Part shown: positions 1 to 8,145 of the stretch, in pieces
Position numbering within the stretch: position 1 is the stretch's first letter
Layout of the letters: every line of letters starts with the position of its first letter
NCBI GenBank assembly: GCA_035295105.1
Contig: DATGJQ010000063.1
Location: forward strand, 3,671-67,670
Length of the DNA stretch: 64,000 nt
Origin: Candidatus Acidiferrales bacterium
Lineage (GTDB): Bacteria; Acidobacteriota; Terriglobia; Acidiferrales; UBA7541
Direction: 5' to 3'
Program-made: the position numbers and the translations under genes
Notes under the pieces: model-generated
Databases searched by the model: none
Told to the model about the DNA's origin: nothing
What the model saw: only the letters and a program-made list of their open reading frames with translations

Positions 1-1
1 G

Positions 2-760
2 CTTCGTTCGAGCGACGCTCCGGGAGCGGAAGAACAATTTCGCGCGGCCATTGCCGCGCGCGGCGACGCTGCCGGAGCGAAGCTGGGCCTCGGGAGCGCG
101 CTGCTGGCGGAAAAGAAATATCAGCCGGCCAGCGACGCTCTCGCGGAATATCTAAAGTTGAATTCCACGGACCGCGCCGCGCGCCTGGACCGGGCGACCG
201 CGCTTTTGAATCTCAACAAGTTGGAAGAAGCGCTGGCGGAACTGGATCGCGCCAACGCCGATTCCCCGCCGTCAGCCGATACGCTGAAAATGCGCGGGGA
301 AATCTACATGCAGCAGAAAAAGTGGAATGAGGCCGGCGACGCGCTGAAGCGGGCGCTGGCGCTGGCGCCGCAGGATTCCGAACTGGCCGCGTGGATCGGC
401 CATGTGGACATCGAGCTGCGCGATTATCCCGCCGCGGTATCGATTCTGGAGCAGGTGTACTCGAAAAATCCGCAGTTGGCCGACGTGCTGCGCGATTTGT
501 CCGACGCGTTTTACCTGAATGAAAAATATGCCGCGGCGCTGGAGGCGATGGACCGGCTTGCCAAACTGGAGACGCCCAAGCCCGGCTCCTGGTTTGTTCG
601 CGCAATCTGTTACGATAAGCTTTCCCGCAAGGCGGAAGCCATCGAGGCGTACCAAAAATTTCTCGACCAGGACGGCGGGCAGCACGACACGCAGGATTTT
701 CAAGCTCGCCAGCGCATCATCGTCCTGCAAAAGGAAATGGGGCAGTCCCGGAAAAAGTGA
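2..760 (+). CDS. TPR-repeat protein, 5' end cut by window edge
   Basis: Frame 2 is open from nt 2, with no stop before track ORF 158..760. Successive ~34-aa A/L/Y-rich units (AEKKYQPASDALAEYLKLN, GEIYMQQKKWNEAGDALKRALALAP, LNEKYAAALEAMDRLAKLE, DKLSRKAEAIEAYQKFLDQ) are typical tetratricopeptide repeats. Confidence 0.8.
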   Translation, partial: LRSSDAPGAEEQFRAAIAARGDAAGAKLGLGSALLAEKKYQPASDALAEYLKLNSTDRAARLDRATALLNLNKLEEALAELDRANADSPPSADTLKMRGEIYMQQKKWNEAGDALKRALALAPQDSELAAWIGHVDIELRDYPAAVSILEQVYSKNPQLADVLRDLSDAFYLNEKYAAALEAMDRLAKLETPKPGSWFVRAICYDKLSRKAEAIEAYQKFLDQDGGQHDTQDFQARQRIIVLQKEMGQSRKK

Positions 761-1281
761 AACCGGATGACCGATTTTTTTCTCCTCACCAGATGACCAT
801 GCCGCTTAAAATTCGAGTGGCGGCGTTCGCGCTGCTGGCGCTGTGCGCGCCGCTGGCCGCCCAGGATCGCCTGTCCGAGGACCTGGCGCGATACCAGCAT
901 GAAACCGACACTGTCCGCAAGGCCCGGGTGCTGGCCAAGCTGGGTGACGAGCAGGTGGACCTGGCCAGAAAACTCCTCAAAGAAGACGAGGTCGCTTCCC
1001 TGCACACCCTGGAACAATATCGCGACGAGGTTCACGAGATGGTTCTGGCGCTGAACGGCCTGGGCGTCGACGCCGAAAAAAAGCCCGCCGGCTTCAAGGA
1101 GTTGCAGATCAGCCTGCGCGAAACCATCCGCCGCATCGACGATCTGATTCTCACGCTGAACGTGGACAAGCGCCCGTTTTTTCGCGCCGTTCGCAATGAT
1201 TTGTTCGCCGATCAAAATGCGCTGATCGACAAGCTTTTTCCGCGCAAGCCGGAACGCGGTTCGCAGAAATCCGACCCGTGA
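757..1281 (+). CDS. hypothetical exported helical protein
   Basis: GTG 757 overlaps the upstream stop as GTGA; an alternative ATG lies at 793. Signal-peptide-like MTMPLKIRVAAFALLALCAPLAAQ is followed by a charged, helix-prone ~150 aa. No family recognised. Confidence 0.6.
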   Translation: MKPDDRFFSPHQMTMPLKIRVAAFALLALCAPLAAQDRLSEDLARYQHETDTVRKARVLAKLGDEQVDLARKLLKEDEVASLHTLEQYRDEVHEMVLALNGLGVDAEKKPAGFKELQISLRETIRRIDDLILTLNVDKRPFFRAVRNDLFADQNALIDKLFPRKPERGSQKSDP

Positions 1282-1289
1282 GGTATGCC

Positions 1290-1829
1290 ATGCGATCCAT
1301 CACCATTCCGGGAGTAGCGTTGCTCTTCACCGTGATTCTCTGCGCCTCGTTGGCCTGCCCGGCCGTGGCGGCTCCGCAAAAAAGAGAATATCTGTCCGTC
1401 GCCGAGGCCGACAAGATCCGCGAAGCCGGAGAAACCGGGCCGCGCATCGGGCTGTTTGCGGGCTTCGCTTCAGACCGCATCAAGAAACTGCAGTACGAAT
1501 TCGCGCACTTCGATAAGACCGATGAAAAGCGCACCGAGCGCCTCAACAACCTGATCAACGGCTACACCGGATGCATCGACGATGCCGCCGACCTGATCGA
1601 GATCGGCATTGAAAAGCAGCAGGACATCCGGGAAGGCGTGAAAGCGCTGGAGTCCGGCATCAAGCAGTTCCTGCCATACCTGCAGGAGCTCGCGGCCAAC
1701 GGCGTGGAACGCGAAACGTACAAGGAAAACCTGGAAGACGCCATCGAAGCCACGCAGGACGCGGCCAAGGATGTGGAGAAGGCCTCCAAAGGATCGTCCG
1801 CCCCGCCGGTGCGACGCAAACCAACCTGA
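1290..1829 (+). CDS. hypothetical exported helical protein
   Basis: ATG 1290 has GAGG 6 nt upstream. The track ORF starts at GTG 1278, overlapping the upstream stop as GTGA. Signal peptide GVALLFTVILCASLACPAVAAP is followed by a charged helical mature part. No family recognised. Confidence 0.6.
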   Translation: MRSITIPGVALLFTVILCASLACPAVAAPQKREYLSVAEADKIREAGETGPRIGLFAGFASDRIKKLQYEFAHFDKTDEKRTERLNNLINGYTGCIDDAADLIEIGIEKQQDIREGVKALESGIKQFLPYLQELAANGVERETYKENLEDAIEATQDAAKDVEKASKGSSAPPVRRKPT

Positions 1830-2596
1830 TGGAACTTTTTCCGAGTTGGAACCAAAACCAAGCCGAGAAGGCCCCGAGAATAAAAACGGGCCGACTCGCG
1901 GCTGCAACGCTTCCCGGGGGTGACCGCATTTTTCAGCGCATCTTCACGCGCCTCGGTTGCCAGGGGCGGCCGCCGCAATTTCAAGTGGAACTGTACCCGT
2001 ACGCCAATCTTTCGCACACTTTGCGTTTGCGGCGGGACGTCGCGTACGTGCGGCTTTCCGATATTTTGCAGGAAGCGCCGGTGCCGGTGATCGAGGCTGC
2101 CGCGGCATTTTTGCTGGGGCAAATGTACCGCCGCCGCGTACCGCACGAATTGCGCGATCTGTATCGGCAGTTCGCGCTGGCGCATTCCACGCGCCGGCAC
2201 ATCGCGCGCGTTCGCCGCAAGCGCGCCCGGCGCATCCGGGACAATCCCGCGGGCGTGGCGCACGATCTGGAGCCGATGTTTGCCGCGCTCAATGTCCAGT
2301 ATTTCGCGGGCCGCCTGCGCCGCCCGCGGCTCGGATGGAGCGCCCGCCCGTGGCGCTCGCAATTCGGCTGCTACGATCCATCGCTCGATCAGATCGTGAT
2401 GAACCGGCGGCTGGACCACGCCGAAGTTCCTTCGTACGCCGTGGAATTCATTCTTTATCACGAAATGCTGCATGTGAAGCACCCGCTACGGGCGGCGGCT
2501 TGCGGGCTGCAGGCGCACTCGCCGGAGTTCCGGGCGGAGGAAAAGCGGTTCGCGCAGTATGCGCGGGCGCGGAAGTTCCTCGAACATCTTCGCTAA
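1829..2596 (+). CDS. SprT-like / DUF45-type zinc metallopeptidase (HExxH)
   Basis: TGATG stop/start overlap with the upstream gene. The C-terminal half (LNVQYFAGRLRRPRLGWSARPWRSQFGCYDP..IVMNRRL...FILYHEMLHVKH...HSPEF) follows the SprT-like zincin layout with an HEMLH motif. Confidence 0.65.
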   Translation: MELFPSWNQNQAEKAPRIKTGRLAAATLPGGDRIFQRIFTRLGCQGRPPQFQVELYPYANLSHTLRLRRDVAYVRLSDILQEAPVPVIEAAAAFLLGQMYRRRVPHELRDLYRQFALAHSTRRHIARVRRKRARRIRDNPAGVAHDLEPMFAALNVQYFAGRLRRPRLGWSARPWRSQFGCYDPSLDQIVMNRRLDHAEVPSYAVEFILYHEMLHVKHPLRAAACGLQAHSPEFRAEEKRFAQYARARKFLEHLR

Positions 2597-2617
2597 ACCT
2601 TTTTTGCAAAGATTGAC

Positions 2618-2734
2618 GAAGCCATCTCATGAATGGTCAAACCCAGACTTCAGGGGCTAAAGCCCTTGTTTGACGGGCACCTGAATGTCGCGGCTGAAGC
2701 CGCGACCCACAAAGATTATTTATGAGATGGCTTC
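2618..2734. repeat. composite hairpin element (family J), bounded by 13-nt inverted repeat
   Basis: GAAGCCATCTCAT (2618-2630) pairs with ATGAGATGGCTTC (2722-2734). Inside are hairpins AGGGGCTAAAGCCCT (2653-2666) and GTCGCGGCTGAAGCCGCGAC (2687-2706), then CCACAAAGATT. Related copies lie at 7908-7965, 30011-30077 and 51793-51897. Confidence 0.75.
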
Positions 2735-2804
2735 ATCACGATCGCGGGGTGGGCGTTTTGGGTTGCGAGGCTTTGGACTGTGGGCTTTTGCTTGAAGTAA
2801 GTGC

Positions 2805-2826
2805 GACAGGCTGAAGCCTGTCCTAC
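2805..2826. repeat. REP-like hairpin, family B singlet
   Basis: GACAGGCTGAAGCCTGTCCTAC has a 7-bp stem, a TGAA loop and a CTAC tail (the complement of a GTAG head). It sits 1 nt from the stop of the downstream-facing TPR gene. Confidence 0.8.
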
Positions 2827-3417
2827 TTAAGGCTTCGCTTCCTGCGCGGTTTTTTCCTCTAAGTCCGAGATGTCTTTCTTGATCTTTGCGGCGTCCGCGG
2901 CGTGCGGGAGAATTCGCAGATATTTGTTGTAGGCTTCCACCGCTTTTGCGTACTCCCGCTTTTTTTCATAGGCCTCGCCTAGCATTTTCCACGGCATGGC
3001 CAGAGTCGGCTGGTAGTTCGATGCTTCGATGAAACGATCGATCGCGGCGTCGTACGAACCTTTCCTCAGATAGAACGTGCCGATATCCAGGCTTCTTTGG
3101 GCGTGCAGCGGATCGAAAACCGGTCCCGCAGGCGCGGCTGGAGTATCGGCCTCGGAATCCTCCGTCGGCGGCGGAGGCGGGACGGTCGGATCGATGGGCG
3201 GCGTCGGCGCCGCTGGCGGCGTTGCGGCCGGCGGCGCGGTCGCGGGATTTGCGGCCGAAGTGTCCGGCGGCGTGGAAGCCGGCGCGGTTTTGGGGGCCGC
3301 CGAAGGTTCGGCCGGAGGCGGTGGCGGCGGAACGCGGGGATTCACCTGCTGGGCGCGCAGAGTTCCCTGCCCGGCCAGCATAAAACATCCAAAAATGAGG
3401 ATCGTGGATCGCTTCAT
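2827..3417 (-). CDS. exported proline-rich TPR-repeat protein
   Basis: Signal peptide MKRSTILIFGCFMLAGQGTLRAQQ is followed by a ~90-aa Pro/Ala/Thr-rich linker. The C-terminal part (LDIGTFYLRKGSYDAAIDRFIEASNYQP...LGEAYEKKREYAKAVEAYNKYLRILP) is TPR-like. Confidence 0.7.
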   Translation of the reverse strand: MKRSTILIFGCFMLAGQGTLRAQQVNPRVPPPPPPAEPSAAPKTAPASTPPDTSAANPATAPPAATPPAAPTPPIDPTVPPPPPTEDSEADTPAAPAGPVFDPLHAQRSLDIGTFYLRKGSYDAAIDRFIEASNYQPTLAMPWKMLGEAYEKKREYAKAVEAYNKYLRILPHAADAAKIKKDISDLEEKTAQEAKP

Positions 3418-3499
3418 GTGACGCGCAGATTAAGATTCACTTTGCTATCATGGATGTTGCCCGAGTGCGGATCACCGCGCTTTCCATTCTACCCCTGCG

Positions 3500-5341
3500 A
3501 TGGAACTGATACAAAAAGCCGGAAGCCTTCCCGTGGAACCGGGCGTGTACCTGTTCAAGGACGCCCTGGGGAAAATTCTGTACGTTGGGAAGTCCAGCTC
3601 CCTGCGCAACCGGGTGAAATCCTACTTTCTCGAGTCGCGCTGGCTGGACGCCAAAACCGGCTCGCTGGTGCGCGAAATCGCTGATCTCGATTACATCGTG
3701 GTGGACAACGAACGCGAGGCGCTGGCGCTGGAAAACAGCCTGATAAAGCAATACCGCCCGAAGTTCAATGTCCTGCTGCGCGACGACAAGACTTACCCGT
3801 ACATTCGCTACACGGCGTTTGAAAAATATCCGCGCGTGTATGTGACCCGCCGCCTCATCAAGGACGGCTCGATCTACTTCGGCCCCTTTTTTCCGCACAG
3901 CCTGGCCTACCGCATCGTGCACTTCATTCACAAGACGTTTCGCATTCCCTCCTGCACCGTGGACCTGAACCGCGCGCACCCGCGGCCGTGCTTGCAATAT
4001 TACATCCACCGCTGCCACGGGCCGTGCGTTCCAGGGCTGACCACTGACGAGAATTATGCCGAGGCCGCGCTGGACACCAAGCTGTTTCTCGAAGGCCGGC
4101 GCCACGCGCTGATCGAGAGCCTGGAATCGCGCATGACGGAGGCTTCCGACAGCGAACGCTTCGAGCAGGCCGCGGCCTACCGCGATCTGCTGCGCACGCT
4201 TTCGGAAATCGAGGAGCGCCAGAAAATTGCCGCCGCCGAAGGCGACGACATTGACGTGCTCGCCTGGCACGCCGAGCCTCCGCTGGTAGCGGTGAATCTG
4301 TTTCACCTGCGCGGAGGCCGCGTGGTCGATCGCCGCGATTTTTACTGGGAAGACCTGGAGGAATTCGAGCCCGCGGAATTTCTCTCGTCGCTCCTGAAAC
4401 AGCTGTATCTCGATGCGGCTTATCTGCCACGGTCGATTCATGTGCCGATGGACTTCGAGGATCGCAAGTTGCTCGAGGAAATGCTGACCGAACGCGGGTC
4501 GCATCTGGAGCCGCCGCGCAACCGGGTGGAGATTCTGATGCCGCAGCGCGGCGCGAAGCACGCGTTTCTGGAACTCGTGGAGAAAAACGCGCAACATTCT
4601 TTCGAGCAGCGCTTCCGCGTATTGAAACCCAGCTCGAAAGCCATTGTCGAGGCGCTGGAACAAGCGCTGAGCCTGCCCGAGCCTCCGCGCCGCATCGAGA
4701 GCTTCGACATTTCGCACCTGCAGGGATCGGACACGGTCGCTTCGATGGTGGTGTGGGAAGACGGCCGGATGAAAAAATCGGACTACCGGAAATTTATCAT
4801 TCGCGGCGAATGGGGCAACGACGATTTCGCCAGTATGAAGGAAACCGTGGAGCGGCGGTATCACCGGTTGCAGCTGGAGAAAAAACCGTTTCCTGGACTG
4901 ATTCTGATCGACGGCGGCATCGGGCAGCTGCACGCGGCGGGAGCGGCGCTGGAGAAGCTGGAGGTGATCAACCAGCCGGTAGCGAGCATCGCCAAGCAGG
5001 AGGAGATTATTTACGTGCTGGGCCAGGAGGATCAGCCCATCCGGCTGGAGCATCACTCGCCGATCCTGCACCTGATCCAGCAGATCCGCGATGAAACCCA
5101 CCGCTTCGCGGTCGGCTTTCACCGGCAGCGCCGAACGAAGCGCACCATTCAAACCGGCTTGGAGAATATTCCCGGAATCGGCCCGCGCACGGCGCACAAA
5201 CTGCTGCGAAATTTCGGCAGTCTCGCACAACTGCGGTCGGCGAGCATCGATCAAATTGCCAAAGTAGTGCCGAGGGGACTAGCCGAACGCGTGTCCGCGC
5301 ACCTCGCGAGCGCAAACGGCACACTCGCGCCGCGAAGCTAG
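3500..5341 (+). CDS. uvrC: excinuclease ABC subunit C
   Basis: GIY-YIG N-terminus (GVYLFKD..GKILYVGKSSSLRNRVKSYF) and a C-terminal helix-hairpin-helix (IPGIGPRTAHKLLRNFGS). Full-length at 613 aa. Confidence 0.97.
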   Translation: MELIQKAGSLPVEPGVYLFKDALGKILYVGKSSSLRNRVKSYFLESRWLDAKTGSLVREIADLDYIVVDNEREALALENSLIKQYRPKFNVLLRDDKTYPYIRYTAFEKYPRVYVTRRLIKDGSIYFGPFFPHSLAYRIVHFIHKTFRIPSCTVDLNRAHPRPCLQYYIHRCHGPCVPGLTTDENYAEAALDTKLFLEGRRHALIESLESRMTEASDSERFEQAAAYRDLLRTLSEIEERQKIAAAEGDDIDVLAWHAEPPLVAVNLFHLRGGRVVDRRDFYWEDLEEFEPAEFLSSLLKQLYLDAAYLPRSIHVPMDFEDRKLLEEMLTERGSHLEPPRNRVEILMPQRGAKHAFLELVEKNAQHSFEQRFRVLKPSSKAIVEALEQALSLPEPPRRIESFDISHLQGSDTVASMVVWEDGRMKKSDYRKFIIRGEWGNDDFASMKETVERRYHRLQLEKKPFPGLILIDGGIGQLHAAGAALEKLEVINQPVASIAKQEEIIYVLGQEDQPIRLEHHSPILHLIQQIRDETHRFAVGFHRQRRTKRTIQTGLENIPGIGPRTAHKLLRNFGSLAQLRSASIDQIAKVVPRGLAERVSAHLASANGTLAPRS

Positions 5342-5410
5342 TTCTCCCGATTGCTTCTCCGGCGGCGCTGTGCTACGTTCGAGGCTGGAGAGGTGCGAAA
5401 GGAGATCATC

Positions 5411-5704
5411 ATGTCGGAAAATTCAGGCTCAAAGGTAAGCTTCTTCCTGGTCGGACTCGGCATCGGCGCGCTGGTGGGAGTTTTGTTCGCTCCGAAATCG
5501 GGCGAAGAGACGCGCGAATTCCTTTCGGCAAAGGCGGACGAGGGCCGCGAGTATGCCCAGCGCAAAGCGCGCGAATTGCGCGAACGCGCCGAAGATATTC
5601 TGGAGCGCAGCAAGACCGCCGCGGTACGACAGAAGGAAACGCTCTCTGCAGCCGTGGACGCCGGGCGCGACGCGTATCAGCGCGAAAAGGCGAAAGCCCA
5701 ATAG
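5411..5704 (+). CDS. YtxH-like general-stress membrane protein
   Basis: ATG 5411 is preceded by GGAGA. One TM helix (FFLVGLGIGALVGVLFAPKSG) is followed by a charged helical tail, as in the YtxH family. The track ORF's upstream extension (5351) lacks support. Confidence 0.7.
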   Translation: MSENSGSKVSFFLVGLGIGALVGVLFAPKSGEETREFLSAKADEGREYAQRKARELRERAEDILERSKTAAVRQKETLSAAVDAGRDAYQREKAKAQ

Positions 5705-5872
5705 TCCGGCACGGCAGCCTGAATCACTTGCCGGTGAACTGGCCGGGTTCTACTCGCCGATGCTCAGAGTTGACCGTGATTGAAATGGCCGTAATTGAGT
5801 CGATCGATGCAGGCCGCGGAATCCCGGCTCCAGGACCCTGGCTTGTAAGCTTGACCCTCTCGAGGTAACAGT

Positions 5873-6385
5873 ATGGAAAGCTGGATGCCATTGTTCGTGA
5901 TTGTCACGGCGATTGCCGTGGTGTTGCAGGCGGCAATCCTGATTGCCCTTTTCGTCCAGATGCGCCGCACGGCGGCGGTGGTGGAGCGAACCGTCTCCGA
6001 TTTGAATAGCAAAATCACGCCGCTCATTGCGCGCGTGCAGGTGGTGGTCGAGGATATTTCTCCGCGCATCTCCGGCATCGTCGCGGACGCCTCCGAAATT
6101 ACGCGGCTGGCGCGCAGCGAGGCGCAGAAGGCCGATCGCATCCTCAGCGAAGCGCTGGAACGCTTGCGCATGCAACTGATCCACGTCGATCACATTCTGA
6201 CCGGCGCGATGGAAGCGGTGGAAGATGCGGGATCGCGCATGCGCCAGACGGTGTGGGCGCCGGTGGTCAAGGCGACTGCCGTGCTTCGCGGCGTGCAGGC
6301 GGGGATCGATTTCTTCCGGAATAACCGGCGGCGTGACAACGGCGTGGAAACCGGCGAACAGCAGGACGAGGGGATGTTTATTTAG
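5873..6385 (+). CDS. membrane-anchored coiled-coil protein (DUF948-like)
   Basis: N-terminal TM helix (PLFVIVTAIAVVLQAAILIALFV) followed by a long helical region. It sits next to the YtxH-like gene. The family assignment is tentative. Confidence 0.45.
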   Translation: MESWMPLFVIVTAIAVVLQAAILIALFVQMRRTAAVVERTVSDLNSKITPLIARVQVVVEDISPRISGIVADASEITRLARSEAQKADRILSEALERLRMQLIHVDHILTGAMEAVEDAGSRMRQTVWAPVVKATAVLRGVQAGIDFFRNNRRRDNGVETGEQQDEGMFI

Positions 6386-6469
6386 ATTTGAATGGTTTGA
6401 ACCGGCGTGCCTGAGCCGGCTGCCTTTGCGTCCTAACTACATCTACCAACTTCCTCCTAACCCACAACT

Positions 6470-6503
6470 GTCATTCCGAAGGGCCGGGTTTGCCGGAGGA
6501 ATC
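6470..6503. repeat. variant of the GTCATTC...GAATC element (family H)
   Basis: GTCATTCCGAAGGGCCGGGTTTGCCGGAGGAATC shares its ends (GTCATTC / GAATC) with GTCATTCTGAGCGAAGCGAAGAATC at 13885-13912, 53055-53139 and 59286-59377. Confidence 0.55.
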
Positions 6504-6536
6504 TGCTTTTGTGCGTGTGTTGAGGAAAAGCCCACC

Positions 6537-6615
6537 GTAGGACAGGCTTCAACCTGTCTGGTTTAGACTTACGCATGACACTAATCAAAACCAGACAGGC
6601 TGAAGCCTGTCCTAC
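6537..6615. repeat. REPIN-like inverted doublet, family B
   Basis: GTAGGACAGGCTTCAACCTGTCTGGTTT ... AAACCAGACAGGCTGAAGCCTGTCCTAC. The two hairpins are in inverted orientation. The terminal CTAC contains the TAG stop of mnmA. Confidence 0.85.
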
Positions 6616-7742
6616 GTGTCTTTTCTGATCCATCCTCCGCCCAAAACAATGTCCCCGGAATAGCAGACGGCGGCCTGGCCCGGCGTGATGGCGCGCTGCG
6701 GCTCATCAAAAATCACGCGCGCGGAATTTTCATCGATGGGCTCAATCGTGGCGGCGGACGGATCGTGACGGTGGCGAATCTTTACGCTGGCCCGCACGGG
6801 CGATTCGAGAGTGGCGAACGAAATCCAGTTCACATCGCAAATTTCGCAGATACTGGTGCGAAGCTCGGCGTCCTCGCCGACGATGACGCGATTCGCGGCA
6901 TGATCGAGCTCCACCACGTACAGCGGGCGGCCCGCGGCCACGCCTAATCCCTTGCGCTGTCCCACCGTGTAGTTGTGAATGCCGCGATGCCTTCCGATGA
7001 CTTCGCCGCTGGTAGTGACCAGTTCGCCCTCGTCCTGCGGCAAGGCTCCGCCCTTCTCCCCGAGGTAAGCCGCGATGAACTTGACGTAATTGCCCGAGGG
7101 CACGAAGCAGATTTCCTGGCTCTCTGGCTTTTCGGACACAGGCAGCGCAGCGCGCCGGGCAATTTCGCGCACGGCGGACTTGTCCAGCTCTCCGAGCGGA
7201 AAATCGGTGCAGGACATTTGCTCCTGCTTCAGGCCGAATAAGAAATAGGTCTGGTCCTTGGAGCTGTCCAGCGCGCGCAGCAATTCGTAGCGGTCGGTCG
7301 CTTCGTTGCGCCGTATGCGCGCATAGTGCCCCGTCGCCACACGATCGGCGCCGATCTGGCGCGCGGTCACGTGCAGCGGATCGAATTTCACGTGATTGTT
7401 GCACAGCGTGCATGGAACCGGCGTGCGCCCCGAGAGATACTCCTCGACAAACGGCTGCACCACGGTTTCCTCAAAGCGCTGCTCGTAGTTCACCACGTAG
7501 TGCGGCATGCCGAGATGCTGCGCGACGCGCTTGGCGTCATACACATCGTCGAGCGAGCAGCAGCGCTGGCCGCCCGAGCCACTGCGATCCAGTTCCGGCA
7601 GACGCCGCTGGTTCCACAGCTGCATGGTCAGTCCGACGACCGGGACGCCGCGCTGCTTGAGAATCGCAGCGACCGCGGAGCTGTCCACACCGCCGCTCAT
7701 CGCGACGGCCGTCATCAGCTCTGAATTGGGATGCAAATCCAT
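6612..7742 (-). CDS. mnmA: tRNA 2-thiouridine(34) synthase
   Basis: PP-loop [15 protein letters not shown], then [14 protein letters not shown] and TLCNNHVKF. 376 aa, a typical MnmA/TrmU layout. Confidence 0.95.
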   Translation of the reverse strand: MDLHPNSELMTAVAMSGGVDSSAVAAILKQRGVPVVGLTMQLWNQRRLPELDRSGSGGQRCCSLDDVYDAKRVAQHLGMPHYVVNYEQRFEETVVQPFVEEYLSGRTPVPCTLCNNHVKFDPLHVTARQIGADRVATGHYARIRRNEATDRYELLRALDSSKDQTYFLFGLKQEQMSCTDFPLGELDKSAVREIARRAALPVSEKPESQEICFVPSGNYVKFIAAYLGEKGGALPQDEGELVTTSGEVIGRHRGIHNYTVGQRKGLGVAAGRPLYVVELDHAANRVIVGEDAELRTSICEICDVNWISFATLESPVRASVKIRHRHDPSAATIEPIDENSARVIFDEPQRAITPGQAAVCYSGDIVLGGGWIRKDT

Positions 7743-7840
7743 CTGAATAGTATAGCGTCAAATCCGCCGATTGCAGGCATATGTGGGGTCAGCTGGAACT
7801 GTTTCGACTCAGATCGCATATTGACTCGAACATCGCATTC

Positions 7841-7965
7841 AGGAGGTCCGACCTTCAGGTCGGACGAGTAACGCCAATGATGAGGGGCTTTAGCCCCAGC
7901 AGCTTCAGGGGCTAAAGCCCTCTTGTGTACAGGCCTGAACGTCGGGGCTGAAGCCCCGACCTCCT
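7841..7965. repeat. compound nested hairpin cluster (four hairpins)
   Basis: The outer arms are AGGAGGTC-CGACC-TTCA-GGTCG-GACG (7841-7866) and the reverse complement of CGTCGGGGCTGAAGCCCCGACCTCCT (7940-7965). The inner hairpins are GGGGCTTTAGCCCC (7884-7897) and GGGGCTAAAGCCCT (7908-7921). Confidence 0.8.
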
Positions 7966-8145
7966 GAGGAATAGTACAGGGCGACGATTTCAAATTGGAG
8001 ACGCTTCCGACCGTCGATCGAGTCCACAACCGGACCGTGGCCAGCAGTGTTGTGACGAATCCGGTCCAGCGTGGTTTTCAAGATTCTGTTATCGTAGCGC
8101 GTAGAAAGCTGCGAGATTTTCATCCTCGATCTTCGGAGGCCTCCC

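Noticed and set aside
3437-5254. 605-aa ORF antisense to uvrC. Similar long antisense or shadow ORFs occur at 12795..13811, 16212..17189, 17420..18499, 22229..23188, 25597..26415, 34776..36020, 37320..38273, 39394..40095, 50026..51357 and 53259..54893.
   Set aside because: Each overlaps a gene with unmistakable family motifs on the other strand. Their translations are Arg/Ala/Gly/Pro-rich with no motifs, as expected for stop-poor antisense frames in high-GC DNA.
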